Counted from the stretch's first letter, positions 49,821 to 60,637 are shown. The stretch: 64,000 bases of DNA from an uncultured Trueperaceae bacterium (GCA_963799485.1 CAWCXJ010000006.1:640001-704000), one strand, 5' to 3'. The notes: generated by a model from the sequence alone, not told the origin. Numbers and translations are program-made.

Positions 49821-50726
49821 CTAGAAAACGTAGACGCCGGGCTCGAGCCCCACCGTCGCCGCCTCGGGTTCGTCGCCCTCTTCGTCCGTTTTCCAGGCAC
49901 ACGCCAGATTGCGACTATTAAACCCAAACCCGATTTTACGGTCGTGGGTCACGCAGATAAGGCCGCCGCTGCCGCCGAAGTGGACGACTTCTGTGAGGGC
50001 GTTTGTCAAGATTTCTTTTAAGTTACCGCCGACCCGGTAGCGCTCCGCCACCGTCTTGGCGGTTACGGCCCGCATAAACGCCTCACCCTTACCCGTACAA
50101 GACACCGCCACCACCCGGTCGGCGTAGGTACCCACACCGATAAGCGGCGTATCGCCGACTCGTCCGGGCCACTTGCCGAGCATTCCGCCGGTGCTCGTCG
50201 CGGCGGCGAGTCGGTCCTGTTTGTCGCGGACGACTGCACCCACGGTAGCCGAGTTGGCGGGTTCGCCCGCGTCTTTTTTCCACGCCGCGTAAGCAGCGCG
50301 TGTCCGTTCGGTGAGTAGCGCGGCGTTGTCCGTATTGTCGGGGAATGTTTCGGCGAAGGCGTCCGCTCCGGCTCCGACAAGAAAGACGTGGGGCGTCCCC
50401 AACCTCACCCGCTCAGCGAGCAAGACAGGATTTTTCGCCCGCGTCACCGCGCCGACAGCCCCGGCAGAACCGTCCCAACCCGCCGCCACCGCCGCGTCGC
50501 ACTCGACCACACCATCACGGTTCGGCGACCCGCCCGTTCCGGCGTTAAAGGCTTCGGCGTTGTTTTCCATCAGCGTTATGGCGACGAGCGCAGCGTTTAC
50601 GGCGTCGGCCCCGTTCATGAGTGCGGCAAAGCCTGCGTCTCTCGCCTCGCGGAGACCCGCTTCATAGGCGTCTCGGTCGCTCGCCTCGATATTTCCTGCA
50701 CCGCCGTGAATAAGAATCGTTGCCAT
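49821..50726 (-). CDS. iaaA: Isoaspartyl peptidase/L-asparaginase (Ntn hydrolase)
   Basis: IHGGAG, FNAG.G, TVGAV, AATSTGG, GRVGDTP, SCTG.GE. Confidence 0.9.
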   Translation of the reverse strand: MATILIHGGAGNIEASDRDAYEAGLREARDAGFAALMNGADAVNAALVAITLMENNAEAFNAGTGGSPNRDGVVECDAAVAAGWDGSAGAVGAVTRAKNPVLLAERVRLGTPHVFLVGAGADAFAETFPDNTDNAALLTERTRAAYAAWKKDAGEPANSATVGAVVRDKQDRLAAATSTGGMLGKWPGRVGDTPLIGVGTYADRVVAVSCTGKGEAFMRAVTAKTVAERYRVGGNLKEILTNALTEVVHFGGSGGLICVTHDRKIGFGFNSRNLACAWKTDEEGDEPEAATVGLEPGVYVF

Positions 50727-50945
50727 AAACTATCTAACCACGCGCCTGGTAAGGCGTGAAACTACCCGCAGAATAGTAGTTGTAAAGGCTTGCCGCTACC
50801 GGCGTGCATTTTACGGCGTGTGCTATTATCCCGGCGTGGCCCAAACCAGAGGCGACCTGCTACGGCCTACAAAGGGGCCCGAGCAGGTAGACTGGGCGGT
50901 AATGATTACCAAAACGGTCAAAGAGCTCTCATCGGGGACGCCACG

Positions 50946-51497
50946 ATGAAAACACGCGGAACACGCAGCGGTATCTTGCTGAGTCTGGACGCCAAGGATA
51001 CCGCCGAGAGTATCCGGCAGGGCGTTCAAAAAGAATTACTGTCCGGCAAGGTGTTTGTCGAACTTGCTGAGCGCACCCCGTGGGAAACACTTAAAGGACT
51101 CGAGGCCCTTATTACCGACGCCGGGGGCACGCTCGCCGAGGTTAGACCGCCGGGCGCGGTAGTGCAGGCCAAGGGCGAAACGCAGATCGTCGCCCGCACC
51201 GTGCGAAGCGGAGGCCGCGTCGAATCGCGCGGTTCGGCGATTGTCATCGGCGACGTCAACGCCGGAGCCGAAGTCATTGCCGAAGATGACATTATCGTTT
51301 TGGGTACGCTCCGGGGGATCGCCCATGCAGGTGCGGACGGCAACGAAAACGCCTTTATCTGGGCGCAACAGGTCAAATCCAAACAGCTCCGCATCGCCGG
51401 GGCGTTGGCGCAAGCAGGCGGCGACAGCAAAACCGTCTCCGGACCGGAGGTCGCGCAGCTGCATAACGGTCAGATTATCCTGCGCCCCTGGGATTAA
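50946..51497 (+). CDS. minC: Septum site-determining protein MinC
   Basis: RTVRSG, GDVNAGAEVIA..DI.V.G.LRG.AHAG, QLRIA. Confidence 0.9.
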   Translation: MKTRGTRSGILLSLDAKDTAESIRQGVQKELLSGKVFVELAERTPWETLKGLEALITDAGGTLAEVRPPGAVVQAKGETQIVARTVRSGGRVESRGSAIVIGDVNAGAEVIAEDDIIVLGTLRGIAHAGADGNENAFIWAQQVKSKQLRIAGALAQAGGDSKTVSGPEVAQLHNGQIILRPWD

Positions 51498-51677
51498 CTA
51501 AGTCCCTGGTACTAACTAAAATGCACACCGAGTTCTCCTTTGAGCGGGGCAAAACGTCTGTGGACTTTCGGCAATATGCGAAGCCGTTCTGGCTGCAGCG
51601 TTGTTGGTAACTAAAAGTATAGGTCATCGCCTACAAACCGCGAGAATACGAGCAGCGAGTCGGCAACACGCCAAGGT

Positions 51678-52652
51678 TTACGGCACGGGTGCGCCGCGTG
51701 CCGCTTCCATCAGGGCAAACCATTCGGCGCGCTCGAGTGTTACTTCGTCGGCCTTGACCGAATCGGCGATCCGCGACGCCTTGTGCGTCCCTAAAATCGG
51801 CTGAATCCCTGCCGGGTGCCGTAACAGCCAGCCGAGGGCGATGGCTTCTTTGGTGGTGTTTTTCTGCTCTGCCAGCTCTGCAATCAGCTTGGCAACCGCG
51901 TGAACGTTTTCGGGCTCGTCCGGGCCGGGGTTAAAAAGCCGTCCGCCCGCCACCGGCGACCACGCCTGTACGGTGATGTCGTGTAGGCGGCAATACTCCA
52001 AAACGCTCTGTGTGTTGGCAAAGGGTGCCGTAGGCAAATTGACCAAAACGCCGTTACCGATCATGTACGAATGGAGGAGGTTGAGCTCGAGCTGGTTGAC
52101 CACCAGCGGCAAGTCCAAAGCTTTCTTGAGCAGTTCGATCTGCAAGGGGCTGTGGTTACTCACGCCGAAATAACGCACCATGCCGTTTTTATGGAGGTGC
52201 TCGGCGGCTTTCGCAACCTCTTCGGGTTCGACGAGCGGGTCGGGGCGGTGAAACGCGAGCAGATCCACGTAATCGGTACCGAGGCGTTTAAGGCTTCCCG
52301 CGACGACCTTGATAAGATGCTCCGACGAAAAATCGTAGCGTCCCGGTGGGCCGTAATCGGGGTCGGAACCGACGATAATTCCGGCTTTTTCCTGCAACAC
52401 GAGCTTTTCACGCAACCCTGGATTTTGCTTGAGGGCGTAACCGATCACTTCGTCGGATTTGCCGAGCGTGTAGATGTCGGCCAGGTCTATGTGGTTGATC
52501 CCGTGTTCATACGCTGCGGTCAAAAGCTCGTTCGCACGGTCTTTGATGTCTTGCGTTGCCGGGGTTTTGTCCCAGGTGCCGCCGATATGCCAGGTGCCGA
52601 AGGCGATACGGCTGACCGTAAGGTCGGTGTTGGCTAAGGTGTACGTTTTCAT
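51678..52652 (-). CDS. Aldo/keto reductase (YdhF-like)
   Basis: D.ADIY..GKS, HRPDPLVEPEEVA, GVSN, QAWSP, WLLRHP. Confidence 0.9.
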   Translation of the reverse strand: MKTYTLANTDLTVSRIAFGTWHIGGTWDKTPATQDIKDRANELLTAAYEHGINHIDLADIYTLGKSDEVIGYALKQNPGLREKLVLQEKAGIIVGSDPDYGPPGRYDFSSEHLIKVVAGSLKRLGTDYVDLLAFHRPDPLVEPEEVAKAAEHLHKNGMVRYFGVSNHSPLQIELLKKALDLPLVVNQLELNLLHSYMIGNGVLVNLPTAPFANTQSVLEYCRLHDITVQAWSPVAGGRLFNPGPDEPENVHAVAKLIAELAEQKNTTKEAIALGWLLRHPAGIQPILGTHKASRIADSVKADEVTLERAEWFALMEAARGAPVP

Positions 52653-53236
52653 AAGCGTTCCCCAATCCGGCTTCACAAAACGGCAGGTACGAACCTACGC
52701 CGGTGAAGCGATTTTAGTTTGGGAGAGTATAACGCCGCTGAAACCGTATAGATTGCGTTACACGTAGCTAACGCAACCGGCGGCACTTTGATTGGTAGAC
52801 AAAAAATGCGCCCTTTCAGGCGCTTACAAAAGCCAGCCTACACCCGTATACGGTATTCGTCAAGAGTATGCGCTGAGACCCGGACAAAAGTCTGTATAGT
52901 CTCAGATGGAACAGAAAAGAGCGGTTTCAGCGTCAGCCCTAGCAGAGTTTACGCGCCCTTATAAAACGCTTCTCAAAGACCGCCGTTTGCACGAAGGGTT
53001 TGATTTTCTGTAGGGCCGGCCCCGTCTTTATAAAAGTGTAGCGGTGCGTCCATGTATGTACCTGTGCGTCGGTTTCGTTAAAACGCTTACGTTCGAGCTT
53101 TTGCGCTCGTCGGTACTGCCGACACGGTGACGTTCGGTTGGCGGCGGACCAGGCTACCCGACCGTCTCGGGCTGAATGGGGGGATAGGTGATCGCGAGCT
53201 ACACTGTTTTACTCATCCGAGTTTCGCTCATTTGGC

Positions 53237-54046
53237 TTAGCCGAACGCGGTCTGCACTGCGCCGCCGTCGACCCGGTAGTTCGAGCCGTCGACGTACATC
53301 GCCAGGTCGGAGCACAAGAAGGCAATTACGTTGGCGACCTCTTGCGGATTGCCGCGCCGTTTGAGGGTGATACCGGGACGCTCTTCAGCCAAAAAGCTCT
53401 CGACGGCTTCGTCGATGCTTACGTCCATCTTTTCTGCCCGCTGCTCCATCATCGCGTTCGTCATCGGCGTTTCGACGTAGGCAGGTGAAACGACGTTTAC
53501 GTGTACCCCGTCTGGGCCATAAGCTTTGGAAAGTCCTTTGGTCAGGTTGATGACGCCCGCTTTGGCGGCGTTGTAAGGCGTTTCTTCAGCGTAAGGCTGA
53601 ATGGCATTTTCAGACGCGATGAGGACGATGCGACCGTAGCTGCGTACGCGCATTCCCGGAATAAACGCGCGGCAAACACGTACTGCCCCCATTAGGTCGG
53701 TGTTTAAGGTCTCGAGCCAGCCGTCGTCGCTCAGCTCTAAAAAGTCGCCTGCTGCACCTCGTGTCCCGGCAATATGTGCCAAAACCGCTGCGCCACCTTG
53801 CTCGTCGGCAGCTTTGAGAAGTCTGTCGACATCAGCCAGCTTGGTCAGATCGGCCACGACCGCGTAAACTTCAGCGCCGGGTGCGTGCACTTCGACCTGC
53901 GCCTTGGCTTTCTCCAGAGGTTCTTTTTTCATATCGCTGAGGAGTACCTTCGCACCTTCAGCGGCGAGCGTCATGGCGGTGTGCAGGCCGATACCTGAGT
54001 CTGCGCCGGTGACAACGGCGAGGCGTCCGTTAAAAGCTAAGTCCAT
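53237..54046 (-). CDS. SDR family oxidoreductase
   Basis: TGADSGIG, YNAAK, FLCS, G..YRVDGG. Confidence 0.92.
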   Translation of the reverse strand: MDLAFNGRLAVVTGADSGIGLHTAMTLAAEGAKVLLSDMKKEPLEKAKAQVEVHAPGAEVYAVVADLTKLADVDRLLKAADEQGGAAVLAHIAGTRGAAGDFLELSDDGWLETLNTDLMGAVRVCRAFIPGMRVRSYGRIVLIASENAIQPYAEETPYNAAKAGVINLTKGLSKAYGPDGVHVNVVSPAYVETPMTNAMMEQRAEKMDVSIDEAVESFLAEERPGITLKRRGNPQEVANVIAFLCSDLAMYVDGSNYRVDGGAVQTAFG

Positions 54047-54145
54047 AAAAGAAATTTACCGAAACAGCGGCGCAGAAACTACGCGCTGCACTATAATCGC
54101 TTTATAACAAGGGCAATTCTCGCGCTGTTTTCTGTTTGTTTGGGC

Positions 54146-54175
54146 AAAAAGGACACGGCTACAAAACCGTGTCCT
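54146..54175 (-). terminator. Intrinsic terminator
   Basis: Minus strand AGGACACGG-N8-CCGTGTCCT followed by TTTT. Confidence 0.75.
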
Positions 54176-54194
54176 GAGGTGTGTGGACGGGGAC

Positions 54195-55190
54195 TTAGCG
54201 GTACCTGGAGAACTGCGAGTTGCGGCTGAACCAGGCGTTACGTGCTTTTATCCAGACATTTTTGTCCGTCGTAACATCGAAGCAAGCGGGGCTGGCCTTT
54301 TTGAGCTGCTCGAGGTAGCTCTTGTTGCCCCCGGTGTAGACGATGGTGTTTTTGTTACCCTTACAAGCGCCTTCGTTAAGCGGTCGGCTGTAGACCTGCG
54401 GGTGATCGCCGGGATCCATATACCCTGCGCTCTTCGGCAGCAAGAAGACGTTATTTTTGAGCGTAAGCTTGCAACCGGGGTCTTTGGTGCGAAACGTCCA
54501 CTTGAACATGTAGGCGCTGCGTTTTGCGTCCATAGCGATCAAGCTGTTGTCGATCGTAAAAGAGTTGCTTTTAAGCGCATTGCTACCCTCTTTACGGCAC
54601 GAGAAGCCCATAAAAGCCCCATCGACCAAGACGTCGGTAACACGGCCGCTGTTGCCCCGGTCGTTCTCGACGGCGTCGTCCCCGGCGTGTTTGATGTACG
54701 AACTGCGAAGGGTCCAGTTGGGCGTATTGTTCTTAAACGAGACGCCGTCGCCGGCGTTGACAACGGCGATGTTTTCGACTGTGATGTTCGGTGTGTCGGT
54801 GAAATAAATGCCGTTTTGACCGTGATAGGCAGACCACGCCGCGCTAAGGCTAAGGCCTACGTCGTAGACGCCGCCCGAAAGGCACAAAGAACCTTTGTTA
54901 CGCGCCCCGATAAACGAGAATTTACCTGCTCGCGCCATCAACTTGGCGTTGCTGGCGTCGATTTTGGGATTGCTCTGATTTCTAGCGAGCACCGTCTGGT
55001 TGTACGTCCCGCTTAGCTTCGTGACCTTGCCACCGCTAAGACAACCTGCAGCTTGGGTTGCGAGTTCGGGTACGGGCGTTTTGAGGACGCTGCTACACGC
55101 GCCCAAGAATAGAAGTATGCCTAGAAACGAAATAGACGTGCCGCGGGTGAACAGGCGTTTCTTACCCTTAGCGTTTACGGTAGTGTTCAA
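54195..55190 (-). CDS. Lipoprotein with probable right-handed beta-helix (pectate-lyase-like) domain
   Basis: TTG 55190 follows AGAGGA. LFLGAC lipobox. Repeated beta-helix-like coils (NAGDGVSF, HAGDDAVEND, LTLKNNVF). Lys/Asn-rich. Confidence 0.65.
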   Translation of the reverse strand: MNTTVNAKGKKRLFTRGTSISFLGILLFLGACSSVLKTPVPELATQAAGCLSGGKVTKLSGTYNQTVLARNQSNPKIDASNAKLMARAGKFSFIGARNKGSLCLSGGVYDVGLSLSAAWSAYHGQNGIYFTDTPNITVENIAVVNAGDGVSFKNNTPNWTLRSSYIKHAGDDAVENDRGNSGRVTDVLVDGAFMGFSCRKEGSNALKSNSFTIDNSLIAMDAKRSAYMFKWTFRTKDPGCKLTLKNNVFLLPKSAGYMDPGDHPQVYSRPLNEGACKGNKNTIVYTGGNKSYLEQLKKASPACFDVTTDKNVWIKARNAWFSRNSQFSRYR

Positions 55191-55732
55191 TGTGAGTCCT
55201 CTCTGCTGGTGGTTGCCAAACGGACACGGCACCAGGGACTTGGGGAGACACAAATATAGCTGCAGTCAGCTTTGCAACCCCGGTGGTTGTGCGCGTCTCC
55301 TGACGTAATGACTAGTTTTTCTTGCTGTGTTTGAGGGGAGGCCATCCGCTCAACGAAGCTAAAGGTATCCCGGACGTTTATTAAAGTTATTAAGCATTTA
55401 TGAGAAAAAAATGATAACAAGACCAACAAAGCTTCACAGGCAAGAGAAAACTTTGACTTTTTACCCCGCCAATCCCCTCTCATAATGCTATATAAAAAGC
55501 TGAAAATGTCCACTTTTTCACACCCGATTTTCTCGTCCAAGGTCAAAAAGTGTATCCGGCGGCAGCAAATCTGAACCTTACGACTTACGTTTCCGGTCAC
55601 TCACAGCCAAACTCTTTCTAGTAACACTCCGACCACTCCCATCAGTCCACTTCCACCAGTGCGGATTGAGTACTGACGCCCTAGGCCCTTACCCGGGTCT
55701 GCTAAAGTTGACGAATAGAAAAGGAGCAAGTT

Positions 55733-56719
55733 ATGGCTACGATTCGCTGGGGCATTCTGGGAACAGGCAATATCGCGCAGCAGTTTGCCAGGGGGCTCGC
55801 CGAAATCCCGGACGCACACCTCGTCGGCGTCGGCTCGCGAAACTTGGAGACCGCGCAGGCTTTTGCGGCGACTTTCGGGGCCACGCGCGCACACAGCAGC
55901 TACAAAGCGCTCGCTGAAGACGCCGAAGTCGAGGTCGTTTATGTCGCAACGCCGCACACGCTACACGCTGAAAACAGTTTGCTCTGTCTAGCGGCCGGCA
56001 AAGCGGTACTCTGCGAAAAGCCCTTTGCCCTTAACGCAAGTCAGGCGCAAACAGTGATAGACACTGCCAGAGCCAAAAAACTCTTTTTGATGGAGGCGAT
56101 GTGGACGCGCTTTTTTCCGCTCTTTAAGACGTTACGCGACCTCGTTCAAGAAGGGCGTATCGGCGAACTCAAACTTTTGCACGCCGACTTTGGTTTCGCA
56201 AGCCCGGTTACGCAAAACCGGCTGTTCGAGCTGAATTTGGGCGGCGGCGCACTGCTCGATTTGGGCGTCTATCCGGTGTCGCTAGCGTCGTACCTCTTGG
56301 GAACGCCGACGGAGGTCTCGAGCCACGCCTACCTGGGCGCGACCGGGGTCGATGAGCAAAACGCCATCGTCTTAAAACACCAAAACGGCGCACTGGCGCT
56401 GCTCAGCACCACCATTCGAGCAGCCACACCGCAAAAGGCCGTCGTGATGGGTACCGAAGGAAGTATCCGGGTCTGCGCGCCGTGGTGGCAACCCGAAAAA
56501 CTGGTTTTGACCGGTGCAAAAGGGGAAGAAACGTTTAGCTCACCACTGCCGCATAACGGCTACGCTTATGAAGCTGCCGAGGTGATGCGCTGTTTAAGGG
56601 AAGGGCAGCTCGAGAGTCCCGTCATGCCGCTAGACGAGACGCTCAGCATTATGAAGACGCTCGACACCTGCCGCGCCCAGTGGGGTCTCGAATACCCCGG
56701 TGAAACCCGCCCCGGTTAG
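55733..56719 (+). CDS. Gfo/Idh/MocA family oxidoreductase
   Basis: WGILGTG.IA, VLCEKP, MEAMWTRF, GGGALLDLGVY. Confidence 0.92.
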   Translation: MATIRWGILGTGNIAQQFARGLAEIPDAHLVGVGSRNLETAQAFAATFGATRAHSSYKALAEDAEVEVVYVATPHTLHAENSLLCLAAGKAVLCEKPFALNASQAQTVIDTARAKKLFLMEAMWTRFFPLFKTLRDLVQEGRIGELKLLHADFGFASPVTQNRLFELNLGGGALLDLGVYPVSLASYLLGTPTEVSSHAYLGATGVDEQNAIVLKHQNGALALLSTTIRAATPQKAVVMGTEGSIRVCAPWWQPEKLVLTGAKGEETFSSPLPHNGYAYEAAEVMRCLREGQLESPVMPLDETLSIMKTLDTCRAQWGLEYPGETRPG

Positions 56720-56722
56720 TGG

Positions 56723-57022
56723 CTACTGCCCCGTCGGAGCCGTGGCGGCGTCCCCGACGACCGTCGTCCAGGGTCTGACCCGCCACGCCCGGACGAGGCC
56801 CGCGCGGACATACGGGTCGGCCTCGGCAAACCGCTCGGCGACCTCCGGCGTCTCGCCTTGAAAGAGCAAAACAGCCTCGTCTACGGGGTCGGTCAGCGCG
56901 CCCGCAAGGAGCAGTTCGCCTCTGTTTTGCGCCGCCCAAGCCAGGCGGAGGTGTTCGGCGCGAAACTCGGCGCGGCGCTCGAGATAGTCCGGGGCCAAAC
57001 TGTAAAAAAGAAGGTAATGCAC
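56723..57022 (-). CDS. YciI-like protein
   Basis: R...RAEHL, LAGAL, F...DPYV..GLV..W.VRPW. Confidence 0.88.
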   Translation of the reverse strand: MHYLLFYSLAPDYLERRAEFRAEHLRLAWAAQNRGELLLAGALTDPVDEAVLLFQGETPEVAERFAEADPYVRAGLVRAWRVRPWTTVVGDAATAPTGQ

Positions 57023-57025
57023 CGC

Positions 57026-58039
57026 CTACACCACCGCCGGAACAAGCGTCGGTTTACGAAAGGTGATGTTCTCCCACTCGCCCTCTTCGACGACCGCTAA
57101 AGCACTGTTTTGCGACTTGAAGTGCGCCACGACCTCTTGCACCAGATCGTCCGGCGTCGAGGCTGCTGAAGTCACCCCGACCGAACGCACACCCTCAAAC
57201 CACTCAGGGCGCACGTCGGCGGCGCTCTCGATACGTCTGGCGTTGCCGGTCAGGTCTTGCGCGAGTTCCAACAGGCGCATGCCGTTCGAGGAATAGTCGC
57301 TGGTAACGACTAAAAACATCTCAACGTTGGGAGCGATTGTGCGAACCGCGTCCTGACGGTTCTTGGTCGCGTAACAGAGGTCGTCCGACGGTGGGACGAC
57401 GAGCGCGGGAAACCGGGTTTTCAAGATGGCAATGGTTTTGGCGACGTCATCGACTGAAAGCGTCGTCTGGGTCAGCACGACGACCTTTTCGGGGTCGGGT
57501 ACGGTGACGGTCTCCGGGTCGGTCAGTTCGGGGTCGTGTTTACGGTTGCCGACGACGCTGACGACGGTCGTCGCGTTCGGCGCTTCACCCTTGGTGCCGA
57601 TGACCTCTTGGTGAGCGCTCGAGTCCCCGATCAGCAAAATATGAAACCCTTCGCGGGCATACTTTTTGGCTTCGGAGTGGACTTTGGTGACGAGCGGACA
57701 GGTCGCGTCTATCGTAGCGAGCCCTAACGCCTGTGCGCCCTGCCGCACCGCCGGACTTACGCCGTGCGCGGAGAAGACGACTGTTTCAGCGAGCGGTTCG
57801 CCGGCGGCCCGGGCTTTTTCTTTGAGCGGCCCCAACTCGCCGAGTGCCTCGACAAAGTGAACCCCGTGCTCCGCGCCCAAGCGCCCGACCACCGTGTCGT
57901 TATGGACAATCGCGTGATAGACCGCCAGCTTTTCACCCTGCGCGCCGAGGGTTTGCGCCGCCTCTTCAACCGCCTGAATCGCCATCACCACGCCTGCACA
58001 AAAGCCTCGAGGTTTGGCTAGATAGAGCGTTTCAACCAT
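57026..58039 (-). CDS. ispH: 4-hydroxy-3-methylbut-2-enyl diphosphate reductase
   Basis: [44 protein letters not shown]. Confidence 0.96.
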   Translation of the reverse strand: MVETLYLAKPRGFCAGVVMAIQAVEEAAQTLGAQGEKLAVYHAIVHNDTVVGRLGAEHGVHFVEALGELGPLKEKARAAGEPLAETVVFSAHGVSPAVRQGAQALGLATIDATCPLVTKVHSEAKKYAREGFHILLIGDSSAHQEVIGTKGEAPNATTVVSVVGNRKHDPELTDPETVTVPDPEKVVVLTQTTLSVDDVAKTIAILKTRFPALVVPPSDDLCYATKNRQDAVRTIAPNVEMFLVVTSDYSSNGMRLLELAQDLTGNARRIESAADVRPEWFEGVRSVGVTSAASTPDDLVQEVVAHFKSQNSALAVVEEGEWENITFRKPTLVPAVV

Positions 58040-58074
58040 AGCTTTACTATACCGGCCCAGCGCTTGCCCGCGCG

Positions 58075-59190
58075 TCAGCCGGATTTTTGGGCGTCTCGCA
58101 TAGACGCAGCTTCGGCGCGGCGCTCGGCAACTTCGGAGGCGGCGTCCGCCGTCGTCCAGCCCTGCGCGGCGGCGTGTTCGGCGGCGGCGGCGGTGTCTTT
58201 TGTCAGCATCAGCGTGCTACCGTCTTCGGCGAGTTCACGGGCGAGCTTTTGTACGCTCTCACGCCGCACGGCGTCTGCCACGTCGCGGATGTAGATACCC
58301 AAGACACGTCCCGGAAAGTTGTGGACGATCTCGTAGTAGATTTCCGGGTCTTCCTGACCCGAGTCACCGATAAGGATAAAGGGCAGGGTCGGATATGTTT
58401 CTAGAATCTGTCGAATCGCCGTTTGCTTGTGCGAGCCGTGCGAGGTCGGCAGGAGTTCGGTTTCGCTGAGACCCCAGTCGCGGAGTAAAACCGGGCCGAG
58501 CGGAATCTGGTTGAGCGCCATAAACTCGGTCAGCACGTCGTAGAGGTTCCAGGGACTCGAGGACACGTAAAAAAGGGGGTTCTGAGTACCCCTAAGCGCC
58601 TCGTAAAAACCCGCCACACCCTCGAACGGCAAACGGGTGTAGGCGTTGCCGAACAGCACCTGACGCGCGAGGCTGCGGAGGCTCGTCGCGCCGGTCTGCA
58701 GCACCGTGTCGTCGACGTCGCTGATGACGCCGAAGTGTGCGGTTTCCGGCGGGATGAGGACGGACGCCTCGGCGCGAACGGGCGGGCTGCGTTTGGGTTG
58801 GGTCAGCTCGAGGCCCAGCGTCAGCAGGTCGTCATCATCGGGTTCGGCATCAGGAATATCCAGCCACTGGGCGATATGTCCCTCATCGTCTGCTCGCAGC
58901 GACCGGGCAAACCCCGGAACCGCCGCCAGCGTAGCGTTCAGCTCGGCGTGCGCGACCTCACCGCTACGAAAGCGTTTCCACGTCCCCTTGAGGTTGTCCC
59001 ACAACGAGTCTTCAGCCGTCGCCGCCTCGAGCCCGTTGTCTTCTAAAACCCGCCCCAGCAAGAACGCCCGTCCCGGTACGCCGTAACCGAGGTAGCTCTG
59101 CACGAGAAGCGGATCGTCTTCGCCGGTACCTGAGAAAGCCCGGTCGAACTGTGTTTCGGCCTGGTAGATGAGTTTATGCCAACTTGACAT
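58075..59190 (-). CDS. App1-family (DUF2183) phosphatidate phosphatase-like protein
   Basis: ISDVDDT (DxDxT), [26 protein letters not shown]. Confidence 0.85.
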   Translation of the reverse strand: MSSWHKLIYQAETQFDRAFSGTGEDDPLLVQSYLGYGVPGRAFLLGRVLEDNGLEAATAEDSLWDNLKGTWKRFRSGEVAHAELNATLAAVPGFARSLRADDEGHIAQWLDIPDAEPDDDDLLTLGLELTQPKRSPPVRAEASVLIPPETAHFGVISDVDDTVLQTGATSLRSLARQVLFGNAYTRLPFEGVAGFYEALRGTQNPLFYVSSSPWNLYDVLTEFMALNQIPLGPVLLRDWGLSETELLPTSHGSHKQTAIRQILETYPTLPFILIGDSGQEDPEIYYEIVHNFPGRVLGIYIRDVADAVRRESVQKLARELAEDGSTLMLTKDTAAAAEHAAAQGWTTADAASEVAERRAEAASMRDAQKSG

Positions 59191-60393
59191 TTAGGAGCCT
59201 TTCCGTTTGGAAACAACCGCCGCCGACTCGTCGGGTCTGCCGAACGCGGTATCTAAAAAGGTCGTATCGCGCTCTTTTTCAGCGCGCATCGCTGCGAGGG
59301 CGGCCTCGTCTATCCAGCCCTGCGCCAGGGCGTGCTGCGCCGCCGCCAGCGTGTCATTGGCCAGTACGAGCTGACTGCCCTGTTCCTGAACGCGCTTGCC
59401 GAGCGCCGTAACGACGCCGCGCCGCGCCGCGCCGCTGACGTCGCGGATATAGATGCCCAAAATGCGTCCGGGGTAGCGCGCAACGATTTCGCCGTAGATT
59501 TCCGGGTCTTGCTCGCCCGAGTCGCCGATCAAGATAAAGGGCAACGCCGGGAACGTGTCCAGAATACGCCTTATCTCATGCTGCTTAAATGCGCCGTGTT
59601 CACCGGGAAACAGCTCGCCGGTACCGCCGCGCCACGCACGCAGGTTGAGCGGCCCCAAAGGAATCTGACCGAGCGTAAGAAACTCCAGAAGCAGATCGTA
59701 GAGGTTCCAGGGGCTCGAGGACACGTAAAAGAGCGGGTTCCGGGCGGGGGTGGTGCCCTGCTCGAGCGCCCGGTAAAAGGTCGCTACTCCGCGAAACGGC
59801 AGCCGCGTGTGGGCGTTACCGAAAAGCACGGCCCCCACTACCCGCACCCAGCGCGTCACGTCGGTTTGCACGACGGTATCGTCCATGTCGCTGATCACAC
59901 CGAACTGCGCTTCCTTGTCCGGGACGAGTACCCGCCCGACGGCCCGCGCCGCCTCGACGCCCCGGCGCTGCGGTGCGACCAGGCTGTAGGTAACTTCCGT
60001 CCACCCTGCCGGAGCTGCTTCGGGCAGCTCGAGTTGCGCTTTGAAGTAACCTTGCGCGTCGGCCTCTATTTCCTCTTCGCCCCCCGGATAGCCGACCTTG
60101 AGGCGTGCGTGCGGCACCTTGTCGCTGACAAAACGCTTGTAGGTATCTAAAAAGTTACGCCAGCGGGTCGCGTCGGGCGTCGCTATCTCGAGCCCCTTGT
60201 CTTCGATAACCCGGCCCCGAACAAAAAACCGGGTTGGGGTACCGAAACTCAGGTAAGGAATGATTTCAAAGGGGCGCTTCGAGCGAAACCTTTTGAGTTT
60301 GCGAAAGGTCGTAAAGTCGCGCTCGAGGCTCAGCAAAAAATGAGTCAGCGCTTTTCTGACCCTTTCCACCACTGCCGTTTTGAGCATCGTCAC
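59191..60393 (-). CDS. App1-family (DUF2183) phosphatidate phosphatase-like protein, paralog
   Basis: [33 protein letters not shown]. Confidence 0.85.
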   Translation of the reverse strand: MTMLKTAVVERVRKALTHFLLSLERDFTTFRKLKRFRSKRPFEIIPYLSFGTPTRFFVRGRVIEDKGLEIATPDATRWRNFLDTYKRFVSDKVPHARLKVGYPGGEEEIEADAQGYFKAQLELPEAAPAGWTEVTYSLVAPQRRGVEAARAVGRVLVPDKEAQFGVISDMDDTVVQTDVTRWVRVVGAVLFGNAHTRLPFRGVATFYRALEQGTTPARNPLFYVSSSPWNLYDLLLEFLTLGQIPLGPLNLRAWRGGTGELFPGEHGAFKQHEIRRILDTFPALPFILIGDSGEQDPEIYGEIVARYPGRILGIYIRDVSGAARRGVVTALGKRVQEQGSQLVLANDTLAAAQHALAQGWIDEAALAAMRAEKERDTTFLDTAFGRPDESAAVVSKRKGS

Positions 60394-60516
60394 GCTGCCC
60401 CCCGAACAAAAGCTCTCACGAACTTAATATACTCGCTTAGGCAACGGCAAACCTTGCCGAAACCCGCAAAAGGCGGATAGGTTCATACTCCACAGTTTAG
60501 CGCGTGGCGGCCCGGC

Positions 60517-60546
60517 TTGACCACTGGACGCGCGCCGTGATAGGCT
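60517..60546 (+). promoter_or_regulatory. tRNA promoter
   Basis: TTGACC-N18-TAGGCT with extended -10 TG. Confidence 0.65.
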
Positions 60547-60557
60547 TCTTTGCCTGC

Positions 60558-60634
60558 GGGCGATTAGCTCAGTTGGTTAGAGCGCGTCGCTGATAACGAC
60601 GAGGTCAGTGGTTCAAATCCACTATCGCCCACCA
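60558..60634 (+). tRNA. tRNA-Ile (GAT)
   Basis: GGGCGAT/ATCGCCC acceptor stem, D-arm, CGTCG-CT-GAT-AA-CGACG anticodon arm, GGTTCAAATCC T-arm, encoded CCA. Confidence 0.97.
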
Positions 60635-60637
60635 AAT

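Noticed and set aside
50946..51497. minC without adjacent minD/minE
   Set aside because: To my knowledge minC is commonly separate from minDE in Deinococcota, so this is not unusual.
55660..55690. CTAGGGCGTCAGTACTCAAT (minus strand) resembling an IS5-type end
   Set aside because: No matching second end or transposase fragment could be recognised.
60440..60480. GGCAAAC...GAAA...CGCAAA resembling a c-di-GMP-I riboswitch
   Set aside because: GGCAA pairs locally with TTGCC, the GAAA-capped stem and second hairpin are missing, and only a tRNA with its own promoter lies downstream.
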